A stretch of DNA of 64,000 bases from Tubulanus polymorphus (GCF_964204645.1 NC_134025.1:14632001-14696000); one strand, 5' to 3'. Numbered from the stretch's first letter, positions 1 to 12,510 are shown. The notes: generated from the sequence alone by a model not told the origin. Numbers and translations: made by a program.

Positions 1-1
1 A

Positions 2-3000
2 GTAAAAAAACCAACTTCAAAAACTAAATCCATTTCAAATAAACCTTACATGGAAAATGTTAGAAATTATATTGATTCACTAGAAATAAAAGATACAATT
101 GAAATTTTAGAAACATTACATAGTAAAATTGGTCCTGCAGCTATTATATTTAGATTTTTTAAAGGAACAACAATAGAAGATTATAGTAAATTTAATGAAA
201 TAATAGAAAAAATACTAGATTTGATAACAGATGTTGAATATCCAAAAATTAGTATCTCTGGGAAAGTAAGTTTTATGAAGTCAGAAGAAAAAATTAATTA
301 TAATATTCAAACACTCTCTGAAGAAATAATTTCAAAAACACAAATAAAAGAGAAGTTAGAAAAAATATTAAATGAATTTAAACGTCATATTGAAGAAAGA
401 TATTTTGAGGGTTCTGGCTTAACATTGAATGAAATTATATATTTAGATTTAAATGTTTATAATACAAAAAGAAACAAAACATCAAAAAGTAATAAAATGT
501 TTAAAAATGATTCAAACTTTACAACAGAAAAGGATATTAAAGCATCATCTTATATTAAATTACCATTTTCAACAAAAGCAGTAATAAATATTCAAAATGA
601 AGATAATGAATGTTTTCTATGGTCAATTATTAGTTGCTTACATCCAACACAAGAAAATGTTTGTAGAATAACAGATTATCGGAAATATCAAACATTATAT
701 AAAATTGATCAATATCCAGTAACTATAAAAATGATTCCTAAAATAGAAAAAGTTAATCATTTAAAAATAAAAGTATTCGAATTAATGCAATTACCAAAGA
801 CAAAAGGTGAAAATATTAAAGATTATACATTGGAAGCTTTATATTTAACAGAATATTATGATGATGAAAATGCTATAGATTTGTTATATTACAAAAAAGA
901 TGAAAATGAACATTTTATGTGGTTAAAACAAATAGATTTATTCTTTAGAACAGAAAGTGATCATCATCATAAAATTTATCTATGTAGAAAATGTTTATCT
1001 AAATTTATGACTGAGAATACATTATTAAAACATAAAGAATTATGTGATAATAAAGATTTTTGTAAATTAATAATGCCAACAGAAAAAGATTGTAAGTTGA
1101 AATTTACTAATCATAAATTTAAGAATATTGTTCCATTTGTAATTTATGGGGATTTTGAATCGTTGAATAAAGAATTAACTGATCAAGATAGAAAAGAAAT
1201 ATATAACAAAAAGCAATTATTAAAATCAATGGATAAAGGAAATGAATTAAATGAAGATATAATTCAAGACCCACCAATTATAAATACAATTAAAAAAGTT
1301 CACCAAAGAGCTGCTGCTTATGGAATTTACATAAAATCAAATTATCCTGAATTATATGAAAGTCAATATATTTCTTTTAGAGGTGAAAATGTAGTTAATG
1401 ATTTTTGCGACAAAATGATTGAATTAGAAAGTGATTTTGCAAAATTATTAAACAAAAATAAAAGAATAGTTATGACAAAAGAAGATGAAATTGATTTTAA
1501 TTATGCAACTCATTGTTGTTATTGTGAAAAACGTTTTTATTCATTTGATAAAAAAGTTAGAGATCATGATCATTTAAATTCAAAATATCGTGGAACTGCT
1601 CATGAAGATTGCAATTTACAAGCTAAGAAAGTTAATTTCGTACCAATATTATTTCATAATTTATCAGGCTATGATACCCATCTATTTATAAAACAATTAT
1701 CAAAGAAATTGGGTACAATTAATCAAGAAATAGAAGAATATAATGCTATGAATGGTGTAAATGTAAGAAAATATGATTTTAAACTATTAGCTAAAACATC
1801 TGAAAATTATATTTCATTTCAATTTGGTTGCATTAGATTTTTAGATTCTTATAGATTTCTAGCAAGTTCATTAGATAATTTATCAAAAAGTTTAGTTGAT
1901 AATGATTTTATAATAACTCGATACTATTATCCAAATGACCAAGATTTTAAATTATTGAGATATAAAGGTGCAATTCCTTATTCATTTTATAAAACACACA
2001 ATGATTTTAATGTAACAGAATTATTAAAAGATCAATTTTATAATCAATTAAAAGAGGAGTATGTGAAAGACGAAGTGTTTAATAGAACATTAAATATTTG
2101 GAACCATTTTAAGATGAAAAATCATGGTGAATTAGTTGATTTATATTTAAAATCAGATGTTATGATATTGGCTGACATATTTGAAAAATTTAGAGAAGTT
2201 AATTTGAATCATTTTAATGTTGATCCTTGTTATTGCTACTCTAGTCCTGGTTTAACCTGGCAATGTGGTTAAAAATATACAAATGTAGAATTAGATTTAT
2301 TAAAAGAACCAGATATGGTTTTATTATTTGAAAAATCAATTAGAGGTGGAATTAGTGGTGTTATGGGAGATAGATATTTTAAGGCAAATGATGAATATAA
2401 ATTATTATATATTGACGCCAAAAATTTATATGGTTGGGCAATGATGCAACCTCAACCATATAAAAATTTTATATTAACAGAAGTTGAAAATGATGATAAA
2501 ACTAATTGGGAAAGCGCAATTATGAGTTTAGAAGATGAAGCACCAATTGGTTATTTCTTTGTGGTTGATTTAGAATATCCTGAAAATATAAAGTTTAAAA
2601 CAAGAAACTTACCTTATTGCCCAGAACATTTAACTGTAGATGATAGTTATTTAAGTGAATACCAGAAGAAAATGAAACCGAAAGATCATGTTTTTACAGA
2701 AAAATTAATACTTACTCAAAATAATAAATACAATTATATTGTTCATTATAGAATGTTAAAATTTCATCTAAAACAAGGAATCAAATTAAAGAAAGTACAT
2801 AGATATATTGAATTTAATCAATCGAAGTGGTTAGAAAAATATATAGATTTTAATACTCAACAGAGAACCATATCAAAAACAGACTTTTAAAAAGATTTCT
2901 TCATATTAATGAATAATAGTTTTTATGGTAAAACATGTGAAAATATTAGAAATAGAAATGATATTGAATTAGTAAATAATTCTGAAAGATTAAGACATTT

Positions 3001-4726
3001 ACAATCAAGTCCTAGACATTTAGGAAATAAAAGATTTGAAGATTATTTAACAGCAGTTAAATTAAAAAGAACTTCAATGAAATTTAATAAACCAATATTT
3101 ATAGGTTCAACTATTTTGTTTTAGATATATCAAAATTATTAATGTATGATTTTATTATAATGTTTTACAACCACTTTTTGGGGAAAAGCATATTGAAATA
3201 TTATATTTTGATTCTGTAACAGCTGACACCCCAATAGTATTAAAATGTAATAATAAAATATTGGTAAGAAGAGTTTCAGAAATAATTCCAAAACAAAATG
3301 AATGTTATATTTCATATGGTGAAAAAGAATTAATACAAATAAATGGATTAATGGATGTTTGGACAAGAAATGGATGGAAAAAATTAAAGAATATTATTAG
3401 GCATAAAACAAATAAGAAAATCTATAGAGTTAGAACTAAATTAGGATTTGTAGATGTTACAGAAGATCATAGTTTAATTAAACGAAATGGTGATGAAATA
3501 AAACCAACTGATATAAAAATTGGAGATGAATTATTACATAAAAGATTTTTCCAAAGAATGAATCATATGTCATTTGATGAAATTATTGATAATATTTATA
3601 ACATAGAACCCGAAACATTAGAAGAAAAAGAATATTTTATCAAAGGATTTTTCATGGGTGATGGTTCAGCAGGTGTGTATAATTATGTTTGGGGTAATAA
3701 ATATTGTTGGTATTTATGCAATCAAGACTTAAAATTATTAGAAAGAATTAAGAAATTCTGTGAAGAAGTTTATCCAAATAAAACATTTAAAATCATGGAT
3801 GTTATGAAATCATCAGCAGTTTATAGAATACTTGTAAATAATCCTAAAAATTTTGCTATAAAATATAATGATGAATTCTATATTCATGCAATAGTGAAAA
3901 GTAATACTTCAACTAAAGAAAAGATAGTACCAGATTATGTATTAAATGCAAAAAATAATTTAAGAAAATGGTTCTTCATTGGATTCTATGCCGCAGATGG
4001 CACTAAAAAATTTACACAGGATAAAAAGATAACCTTTGCACAGAAAGGAAAAGTTGCTATATCAGGATTGAATATATTATGTAATTCATTAGGCTTCAAT
4101 ATGAATATTGGGTTGATTAAATCTAAACCAAATTGTTTTAATTTAAGGCATGCAGAAAAAGAATAAACAGAAGAAGTTAAAGATTTATTTGAAATATATA
4201 ACCCAACTGACTATGTTTATGATTTATCAACAGATGATGGAACATTCAATTCCCATTAATCCAAAAAAATACCGACGGTTACATACTAAAAATCAAGACA
4301 AATGACATAACAAAAGACTTAAAAACATTTAAACATCATTTTGATTTTAGCAATTATCCCAAAGATCATGAACTATTTAGCAATGATAATAAAAAGATTC
4401 CTGGTAAGTTTAAAGATGAATTAGGGGGCGATGAAATGATTGAATTTGTTGGGATAAGAAGTAAAATGTATAGTTACAGAACAAAAGATCATGAAGCTAA
4501 AAAGTTAAAAGGAATAACAAAACATGTGGTTGATAAACATATAGAATTTCAAGATTATATAAAGTGTTTATATAAATCAATTGTAATGAAACACAAAATG
4601 AATTGTTTAAGATCAGAAGATCATGAGATGTACATTAATGAAGTTGAAAAAACTAGTTTAAATCCATTTGATGATAAAAGGCATATTTTAGATGATGGTA
4701 TAAAAACATTACCTTATGGTTATTAA
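2..4726 (+). pseudogene. Protein-primed family B DNA polymerase (pPolB) with OTU-like protease region, Zn finger, EndoVII/HNH insertion and an intein; disrupted
   Basis: Frame is open to the window edge upstream of ATG 50. Motifs: NEDNECFLWS, YGDFES, FHNLSGYDTH, RFLDSYRF, SIRGG, YIDAKNLYGWAM, MNNSFYGKT, YFD|TDG, GKFKDE, RSKMYSY, KLKGI. In-frame TAA at 2270, 2888 and 4164; frameshifts near 3120, 3151 and 4250. Confidence 0.95.
3213..4270 (+). other. Intein with LAGLIDADG homing endonuclease inserted in pPolB motif C (YFD|TDG)
   Basis: Block A SVTADTPIVLK starts at 3213, directly after LYFD. Block B VDVTEDHSLI; LAGLIDADG-like FIKGFFMGDGS and FFIGFYAADG; block F YVYDLSTDDGTF; C-terminal PLIQKN (N at 4268-4270) followed by +1 Thr (TDG) and resumed polymerase sequence. 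Confidence 0.9.
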
Positions 4727-4782
4727 AACATAAAATCAATATCATCATAATCGAAATCACTATTGGCTTCTTCATTTTCATT

Positions 4783-5178
4783 TCATTGTTCAGGTTCTTC
4801 TTCCATTCCATTTTTCTCATTTAAATAAAGTTCTATCTTGTTCCACATTTCATCTCGCTCTCTTTGTTTCTTTTTGTTTGTTAATTCATCAAATGGAATT
4901 ATAATATCTATGTTTAAATAATTTACAATCTTATTTAAAAAGAATTCATAATCATTTGAATCTGTTATTCTATTTTCCAAATGATACATTAATATTTGTT
5001 TGAATGTTTTTTTTATATTTTCCATATCTTCTTCCGTTAATTTAGGTTTTTCATAATAATCGTTAAATAATAAATATAAATACATTTTCTTTTGTTTTGT
5101 GTTAAATGTTGACGGAATAATTGTTTTTATAATATCTTTTTTAGTTATTTCACCATTTTTATTTTCTATTATTTTCAT
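4783..5178 (-). CDS. Hypothetical Polinton protein (131 aa)
   Basis: Intact ORF overlapping the stop of the upstream zinc-finger gene by 4 nt; no motif recognised. Confidence 0.55.
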   Translation of the reverse strand: MKIIENKNGEITKKDIIKTIIPSTFNTKQKKMYLYLLFNDYYEKPKLTEEDMENIKKTFKQILMYHLENRITDSNDYEFFLNKIVNYLNIDIIIPFDELTNKKKQRERDEMWNKIELYLNEKNGMEEEPEQ

Positions 5179-6038
5179 TTTTCAAGCCATTGCATATATT
5201 CTGGTGTATGATCTTCTATAGAAAATGTTTTAAAAATTTCATCTAGATAATTTAATTTTGGATCTATGAGAAAATTTCTAGTTTTTTCTTCACTCCATAA
5301 ATTCTTTTGCCATCCACATTCATTACAAAATAACACAGTACCATCTTGTCTTAAGGTTGCATAACTACATTGTGGACATTTTCGTTTATAATTTATTGGT
5401 AATAGATCTTCATTAAGCTCTTGGTATTTTCTTACGTTTTCTTTATGTTTTATTGTTCTATTATGTAGATTTGAATTACTTGTTGTAATAATCAATTTAC
5501 AATATTTACAATAATATGTTTTTCTTGTTAATTCATTATATTGTTTTTCTAACTTTTCAGCTGTTTCTTTATTATCTGGTAACGTTTTCTCATATTTTAT
5601 TTTTTCTAATAAATTATTTTTTCTTTCATTGAATTCAGTTTCAAATTTATAAGAAATTTTATCTATATGTGCTTTACGAAATTGATGATTCTCCCAATCT
5701 TCTATATTTTCAGGGCTATATTTTATTCGACAAGGCTCACAGAAATGATCTTTTATATTATCCTTATCATAGAATAAGAAATGTCTTTTCCAAATAACTT
5801 CAGGTTCAACTTCAACAGAATTACTATTACTTTCGTTACTATCAACATTAGCCGTTGTGTCATTAATTTTACACTTCTCTGAATGTTTTTTAACATAATT
5901 TCTTGAGAATAATTTATTACATTTTGGACAGTTTATTTTAGGGGGTTTATAATTTTCATCATGTTTTTTCATATGTCGAGCCATATTACTTTTTCTTACA
6001 AGTTCACCACAAATTTCACATGCTATCTTCTCATCCAT
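5175..6038 (-). CDS. Multi-zinc-finger protein (C2H2/C2HC, U1-like fingers, C-terminal C4 ribbon)
   Basis: CEICG..HMKKH, CPKC..HSEKC, CEPC..HQFRKAH, CKYC..HNRTIKH, CPQC..CNECGW. Confidence 0.75.
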   Translation of the reverse strand: MDEKIACEICGELVRKSNMARHMKKHDENYKPPKINCPKCNKLFSRNYVKKHSEKCKINDTTANVDSNESNSNSVEVEPEVIWKRHFLFYDKDNIKDHFCEPCRIKYSPENIEDWENHQFRKAHIDKISYKFETEFNERKNNLLEKIKYEKTLPDNKETAEKLEKQYNELTRKTYYCKYCKLIITTSNSNLHNRTIKHKENVRKYQELNEDLLPINYKRKCPQCSYATLRQDGTVLFCNECGWQKNLWSEEKTRNFLIDPKLNYLDEIFKTFSIEDHTPEYMQWLEK

Positions 6039-6106
6039 TAATTAAGGAAAAATTTTATTAAAATTAATTTTTAGTGATGAGCGGTAATTTTTTTATGTTA
6101 TAAATA

Positions 6107-6865
6107 ATGGTAGAATTAAAAGAATACAGAATATTTGTTGATTCTAGAAAACTTACAAATTATAAATCACATAATTTACTAGTACAATTAGATAGAGAAT
6201 TTAAGAATTGTGTTGATTTAAAATTAGTTAATATAAGTTTATGTAACTCATTTTACAATACATCGGATAAAAGTCTAGAACATTTAATTTTTTCAATCTT
6301 TTACAAAAAAATGAATGAATGGTATTTTATATATTTAAAACCAGGATTATATAATTTAGATACATTAGCACAAGAAATTAATAGAAAAGCTCGAGCTAAA
6401 TTAGGAAGTGATTCCGGATTTAGTATTAGAATTTTAAAAAGTGATAGTTCTAATAAAATAAAGATTAGGTTAGATAATAACGAACAATTTAAATTTACAG
6501 TAAGAAAACCTTTAGCTAAACTGTTAGGAAATAACCCAAATATTGTTACAGCACACGCCGAAGGTAAATCAAACTTAATACCTTTTACACATTTTTATAT
6601 TTATTGCAATTTGATTGACCCAACAAAAACATTTGAAGCAACTAAAGATACAATTTGTAATTCTGGTTTATTAAATATTTTGCCATTAAAAAATGTTAAA
6701 CAATTTGGAACTGAAATAAATTATAATTTAACTGAATGTGATTTCAAACCTTGTATTCCACATTTCAATAATTTTAAATTAGAAATAAGAAATCACAATG
6801 GATATTTAATTGATTTGAATAACTTTCCTGTAATTTATGAATTAGTTATAAGATGTAGAGAGTAA
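6107..6865 (+). CDS. Probable minor capsid protein (penton, single jelly-roll)
   Basis: 252 aa with NSFYN, PGLYN, FYIYCNLI, LLNILP and C-terminal LEIRNHNGYLIDLNNFPVIYELVI, a pattern typical of Polinton pentons. Confidence 0.7.
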   Translation: MVELKEYRIFVDSRKLTNYKSHNLLVQLDREFKNCVDLKLVNISLCNSFYNTSDKSLEHLIFSIFYKKMNEWYFIYLKPGLYNLDTLAQEINRKARAKLGSDSGFSIRILKSDSSNKIKIRLDNNEQFKFTVRKPLAKLLGNNPNIVTAHAEGKSNLIPFTHFYIYCNLIDPTKTFEATKDTICNSGLLNILPLKNVKQFGTEINYNLTECDFKPCIPHFNNFKLEIRNHNGYLIDLNNFPVIYELVIRCRE

Positions 6866-6881
6866 TCTTTTCATTATATAA

Positions 6882-7238
6882 ATGAATATAACTGTTGGGC
6901 CGAGCATATGTTTTGGATTTGATTTTAAACGTGAGAAAGAAATGAAATTTAACATTAATGATGTAATTACACATATCAAAAATATTACATTTTTTAATGA
7001 AACAACATTTGAGTATGAAACAACAATAGATAAAGAAACTTTTAATGTAGAAAAGATTACTAATTTAATTAGAGAATCTTTAGGATTTTATGAATTAGAT
7101 GAAGATTTTATCATCGATGATATTAAAAAAATAATAATTGAAATATATACAAATGAAACTAGTAATGAAATAAATGTTGAATTAATCATCACTAAAATAA
7201 CTAAATATTTTGAAGATAGTAATTTTTTTGATAAATAA
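6882..7238 (+). CDS. Hypothetical acidic protein (118 aa)
   Basis: Intact ORF preceded by TATATAAATG like neighbouring genes. Confidence 0.55.
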   Translation: MNITVGPSICFGFDFKREKEMKFNINDVITHIKNITFFNETTFEYETTIDKETFNVEKITNLIRESLGFYELDEDFIIDDIKKIIIEIYTNETSNEINVELIITKITKYFEDSNFFDK

Positions 7239-7460
7239 ATGAGTGATAATAAGTGGATAATAACTGGATTATATAATGGAGCATTACTATCAGTTGGAAC
7301 TGTTGGTTATTCAATGGTATTAAAAAAAGTATTCAAAATGGGAAGTGTTAATGTTGATAGATTTGATATAAATGATATTTTAAAGTTAACATTAGCAGTT
7401 ACTTTATCTAATTTAACTATTGATTATTTGGAAAAACAAAAATATATTCCTCCCATATAA
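7239..7460 (+). CDS. Small hydrophobic protein (73 aa)
   Basis: Intact ORF, ATAAATG start, two hydrophobic segments. Confidence 0.6.
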   Translation: MSDNKWIITGLYNGALLSVGTVGYSMVLKKVFKMGSVNVDRFDINDILKLTLAVTLSNLTIDYLEKQKYIPPI

Positions 7461-7484
7461 ATGCATAATTTTTTTGCTAAATAA

Positions 7485-7907
7485 ATGGCTTCTGCAATTA
7501 TAACTATTATAGGATCGGCAATTGTTAACGCTTTTGCATTTGCTGGTGGTGGTTATTTATTTAAACTTATTGATAAAAATGGATCATTAACAGAACAAAA
7601 AAGACATAACTTAGCATTAGAGAAATATGATAAAGCTGCAGAAGAATATAGAGAAAAGAGACAAAACTATATGGATTACATAAATAAAGAATTAATTGAT
7701 CAGAATATTTCACATAGAGATTTTCAATCAGTTGATGATGCAATGAGTTTATATAACGCGGTAACCAATAAAGAAAAATTACATCTATACAAACCTAAAT
7801 TATCAGATTATTATACCCCAAGTAAAGAACAACAGAAATATGAAATAATATGGATTTTGGGCGGAATTGTTATTGTTATATTTGTTGCTTATAAATTTAC
7901 TAATTAG
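7485..7907 (+). CDS. Membrane-anchored coiled-coil protein (140 aa)
   Basis: N-terminal hydrophobic/Gly-rich segment, central charged helix (EQKRHNLALEK), C-terminal TM helix. Confidence 0.65.
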   Translation: MASAIITIIGSAIVNAFAFAGGGYLFKLIDKNGSLTEQKRHNLALEKYDKAAEEYREKRQNYMDYINKELIDQNISHRDFQSVDDAMSLYNAVTNKEKLHLYKPKLSDYYTPSKEQQKYEIIWILGGIVIVIFVAYKFTN

Positions 7908-7926
7908 TAATTTTTTTTCTAAATAA

Positions 7927-8361
7927 ATGGAAGATAAAGTTGATAATATTGATATTATTCCTCATGATATCAGTAAAACTAAATTAAAAACATATTAAGA
8001 AAAAAAAATATTAGAATTTGAAAGTGACTTAAAGATAAAAAAGAAAAAATATTTAAAAAGTAAAATTATATATTATCTTAAAATTAGTGGTTCGGTTACA
8101 ATTAGTTCTGTAATAACATTTCTAGCAATATTCAGTCCATTAACACCTTTAGCTATATCAATTGGTGTATTAGGATTAAGTTCAAGTGTTTTAACCGGTA
8201 TAAGTTCAAAATTAAATATGAAAAGTAATAAAGAAAAAATTAAAACTAATATAAAAGAAATTAATAAACTAAAAAATACACTAGATTATATAACAAGTTT
8301 AAATGGCCATATAACAGTTGAAGAACAAGATAAATTATCAAAAGAATTAGTTAATTATTAA
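7927..8361 (+). pseudogene. Two-TM coiled-coil membrane protein with one premature stop (not in the ORF track)
   Basis: Manual translation from ATG 7927: MEDKVDN..KTY*EKKILEF..ISGSVTISSVITFLAIFSPLTPLAISIGVLGLSSSVLTGISSKL..KEINKLKNTLDYI..ELVNY*; TAA at 7996. Confidence 0.7.
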
Positions 8362-8377
8362 TTTTTTAATTATATAA

Positions 8378-9766
8378 ATGGTAGATAGTTTTCCAAAAGC
8401 TTTCCAATATAATAAATCAATTAAATATAATATTCCAGCAATAGATTTTAATAAAGATATTACATAAAGAAATGAAGTTTTAGATTCATTAACTAATTTA
8501 GAAATTTATGTTACTGAAACTAATAATTTTAATGCAAAGATGGAAAATATATTTCATGTATATTTAATTGATTTTAAAAAATTGAAAGATGAAAAACAAT
8601 GGTTATTAAAATCTAATATGAAGTATTGGCAGAACCAATTAAATCTAGCTGTTTATTGTGCAACAACAGGTTGTGGAATTATTTGGAATGATCATTTGAA
8701 TAATTCTAAATATAAATTAATTCAAAGTTTATTTAGATTTCATACATACTTTCAAATAAGATTGATATTAAATGAATTAGAGTGTCCTTTACCAGGATCT
8801 AGGTATTTTAAAGAATTAGAAAATAATATTAATTTGTCAAAGTTTTATAAAATTTGTAATGTATTTAATATAGATATAAATAATTCTGATTTTAGAACGA
8901 AAATTGGAACAATAAGATCACTTCCTTGCCCTAAAAAGATTGCAGAATATTGTGCACTTCCCATACCATCTAATAGTTTTTATAATATCTATAATAATGA
9001 ATTAGGTTATGGTAAAATAGAAACTAAGGATTTAGAAACATTAAATTTCAATAAATTACCGACATTTTATGATAATTTAAAACAAGAAAACAATAATGGT
9101 TGGGTTTATTTCATTTTAGAAAATAGTGAAGGTTTTACTAAATCAGGTATAGAAAGAATAAATCAATCTATTAGAACTTATTTGATATGTATTTTAGGTG
9201 CGCAAGTTGAAACAAGATCCCAAATAATTGGAAATTTAAATACATCATTTGATACGCAGAAACAATTTAAAGTATTATTTGAAGATTCCATTCATAATGA
9301 TAAAAATAGATCGATTCCGGAAAACATTGTAAGATATCAAAATTATTTAGATAAATCTCATGTAAGACTAAATTATTGTATAGGCCCTAATCTATTAATT
9401 ACTTCTAATGATTTAGTATTAAAGATGGGAAACATAATTGGTTATAATAATCTAATTAAAACTGCAACAATAAATAATTCATTTGGATTGAATGATATAA
9501 ATAAAAAGATTATTACTGCTCCAAAATTAATGGAAGGCGAAAAAAATAAAAAACATATTCAATCAACAGAAACTAAAACTAAGAATATTAAATTAAATAA
9601 TGATTCTAAAATAAAAGATTACAATACATCAGAAAATATAAAAACTGATAATATTCAACATGATATAATTAAACTAAATGATGATAATAAATCCCATGAA
9701 AAAACTAAATTAGCTTTAACTTGTATAGGAATTGTAATCGGAGGAATATTATATTTTAAATTTTAA
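8378..9766 (+). pseudogene. Polinton protein with C-terminal TM anchor; one premature stop
   Basis: ATG 8378 (TATATAAATG) is in frame with ORF 8540; TAA at 8465; motif YWQNQLNLAVYCATTGCG. Confidence 0.65.
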
Positions 9767-9782
9767 TTTTTTTATTATATAA

Positions 9783-11200
9783 ATGGATGTAGAAGGTGGA
9801 GAAGATATTGGAATGGATCCTTTTGATGAACCTGGTATAAGTGATGAACAACCACCTGATTTTGATGAAACAAGTTTTAATGATGGTAATGAGCACGGAT
9901 ATAATAATAATTTAAATATGCCTGATTATATTAAAAATGCAGAATCACAATTAAATCCTGAAAATTTAGACCCAGGTTTAGTAAAAGAAGATTTAGATAA
10001 TTTAAACAAAATACCTAAATTAGAAGAATTAGTTGAAAAATCTAAACTTAACATAAATGATGAAGACGTTGGACTTTTAGCATATCAATTAAAATTTTTA
10101 GATAATGGTAAATGTTATTATCGTTTGAAAGGTGATTATTATATTGATATCACTTCTAAAAATAATAAAAAAATATTAGCGGAATCAACTTTGAAAAGTT
10201 TAAAACCAGATAAAATTAAAAGAATAAGTAATAGTAATGAAATAACTGATGTTACACAAAAAGAAATAGATGATAATATAGACGTATTTAAACAAAGAAT
10301 TAATGAATTATTTGAAATAATCAAAAAGAAATCAGAAACTGAAACAACTTCTGAACAGAATATAACTTCCAAAACTAGTAAACTTAAATCAAATAAAGTT
10401 TCAATTGAAAAACTTTTACCGAATGGATTACTTGATGCAACAGATCAAGAATTAGAAGATTTAGATATATTTTCTGATGAAGCAATTAGAGAAATTATTA
10501 GTATAGAAATGAAGCTGATAAAATTGCACATAATAAAAGTATAAGAGATCAAAAAATTATGTATTTGGAAAAAGAATTAACTAATGCAAATAAAGAAATA
10601 GAACAACTAAAGTCCGATTTAGATCATCAAGTAATTGATGAAATAGAATATAGGCAAAAAGAATTACGATTAGAAAAAGAAATTAATAATTTAAAAGATA
10701 ATTTAGAAGTACAGAAAGAAGAAATTAAATTATTGTTAAAATCATTTGATTATAATATTAATAGATTAAAAGATGTTTTTAAAAGATATCTAATAAAACC
10801 AGATTCTAAAATATCATTGAAAGATAGAATGAAATTATTATTTAAATTTGAAGGAATAACAATTCTTTCAATTCTAACAGCTGTAACTATGTTATTTACA
10901 ACAATTGGTTTAGCAATATCAAATGCTTTAAAATCTACTCCTACTCCAAATAAACCAGATAAACCCCCAGGTAATAATTCTATACAAGATAAAGTTAAAG
11001 ATGGTTTAAAGAAATTAGCAAAATATTTATGGGAACTATCTAAAAAATCTGCTGCAGCATTGCCAGGAATTATTGCATCAATTGTTGGTTTTATATTGAA
11101 ATCTGCAGGAAACATTATTAACTTTGCTGCTGAACATATTATTTTATTTTTAATTACAGTTGTAAGTGCTATTATTTTTGGTTATCAAGAAAAAAAATAA
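9783..11200 (+). pseudogene. Long coiled-coil protein with C-terminal multi-TM region, split by a frameshift near 10505
   Basis: ORF 10559 frame extends upstream as RNEADKIAHNKSIRDQKIMYLEK, overlapping the end of ORF 9783; TM segments TILSILTAVTMLF and ALPGIIASIVGFIL..IILFLITVV. Confidence 0.65.
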
Positions 11201-11234
11201 TAAAAAATTAATAATTAATTTTTTTGTTAAATAA

Positions 11235-12488
11235 ATGAGTGGGAGTTATATAAGTCCTTCTAAGAATTCTAGAATATCTAATGCTATTAAAGCAGAAAGA
11301 TCACATCATATAATTACTCATAACCCTTCTAATATTAATCCTGATGAAACTTTATATGTTAGAATTCCTAGATGAACACAAAATACTTTTTATGTTCCAA
11401 ATAGTATTTATTTATCAGCCGATATAAAAGTAATTGGTCATGATAATAATTATGTTGTTGATAATGTTGGGAGATATTTGATTAAAAAATTAACTATAAA
11501 AATTGGTCCAGAAACAGTTTTCTCATTAGATGATTATAATTTATTTATGCATTATAAAGATTTATGGTTAACTAAAGAAAATAGAATTAATATGATATTT
11601 CAGGGTATTCAATCGGAAAACCATAATAAATTAAGATCAGGAGCTAATGACGCAATAGTAACTCGTGCCACAGATAATTTGATTAAAAAGATTTATGGAA
11701 GCAAATATAAAATCCCATTAGACTTTGAATTGATAAATAACAATGCACCTTTATATAAATACGCAATTCAAGAATATATTATATTTGAGATAACATTTGC
11801 TCCTGTTAATGAAATTGTATTATCTAGCGTTGTTAAAGATATGGGTTATAAATTATCGAATATATGTTTAGAATATAACACAGTAACTAATGAAAATATT
11901 GCTAGCACAATTCAAACTCAATACAATCAAGGATTTTCATTATTATATGATTATATTGATAAATTTAAAACTGTAACTATTAATGCAAATGATGAAATAA
12001 TTAATGAGAATATTAACTTCCCAAGAAGATCTATTAAAGGTATATTAATATTTTTTACCATTGCAACATATACTAATGGTGCAATAAAAGTTGATAATTA
12101 TTATAATCCTGAAATAACAAAAGTAGAAATGACTATCGAAGGAATAGCAAATAAAATATTTTGTCAAGGAATGAGAATGATTGATCAATGGCCAGAAATT
12201 AGAAAACATTTTATGAATGAAAAAGTAAAATCATTTGAAAATTGTAATATTAATCAAATTGATTATTATACCGGCAATAAATATGCATTATGGTTAGATT
12301 TTAGAACAACAGAGGATAATTCATTACATGGTTCTGGAAAAAAACTACAGAACACTAAAGATGGAATACAATTATTCATGAAAAAGAAAAGAGGAGACAA
12401 AAATTTTAAAATGCACATTTATATTATATCTGATGCACAAAAAAACTGTAAATTCACAATTAGATGGTATTCAATATTAGAAATATAA
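11235..12488 (+). pseudogene. Major capsid protein (double jelly-roll, hexon-like); premature stop and probable C-terminal frameshift
   Basis: ATG 11235 is in frame with ORF 11478; HNPSNINPDETLYVRIPR*(11373), VDNVGR, KIPLDFE, NICLEY, ALWLDFRTTEDNSLHGSG, IYIISDAQ; about 415 aa, next to integrase and ATPase. Confidence 0.75.
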
Positions 12489-12510
12489 AGTTAAAATTAA
12501 GGATATATAA

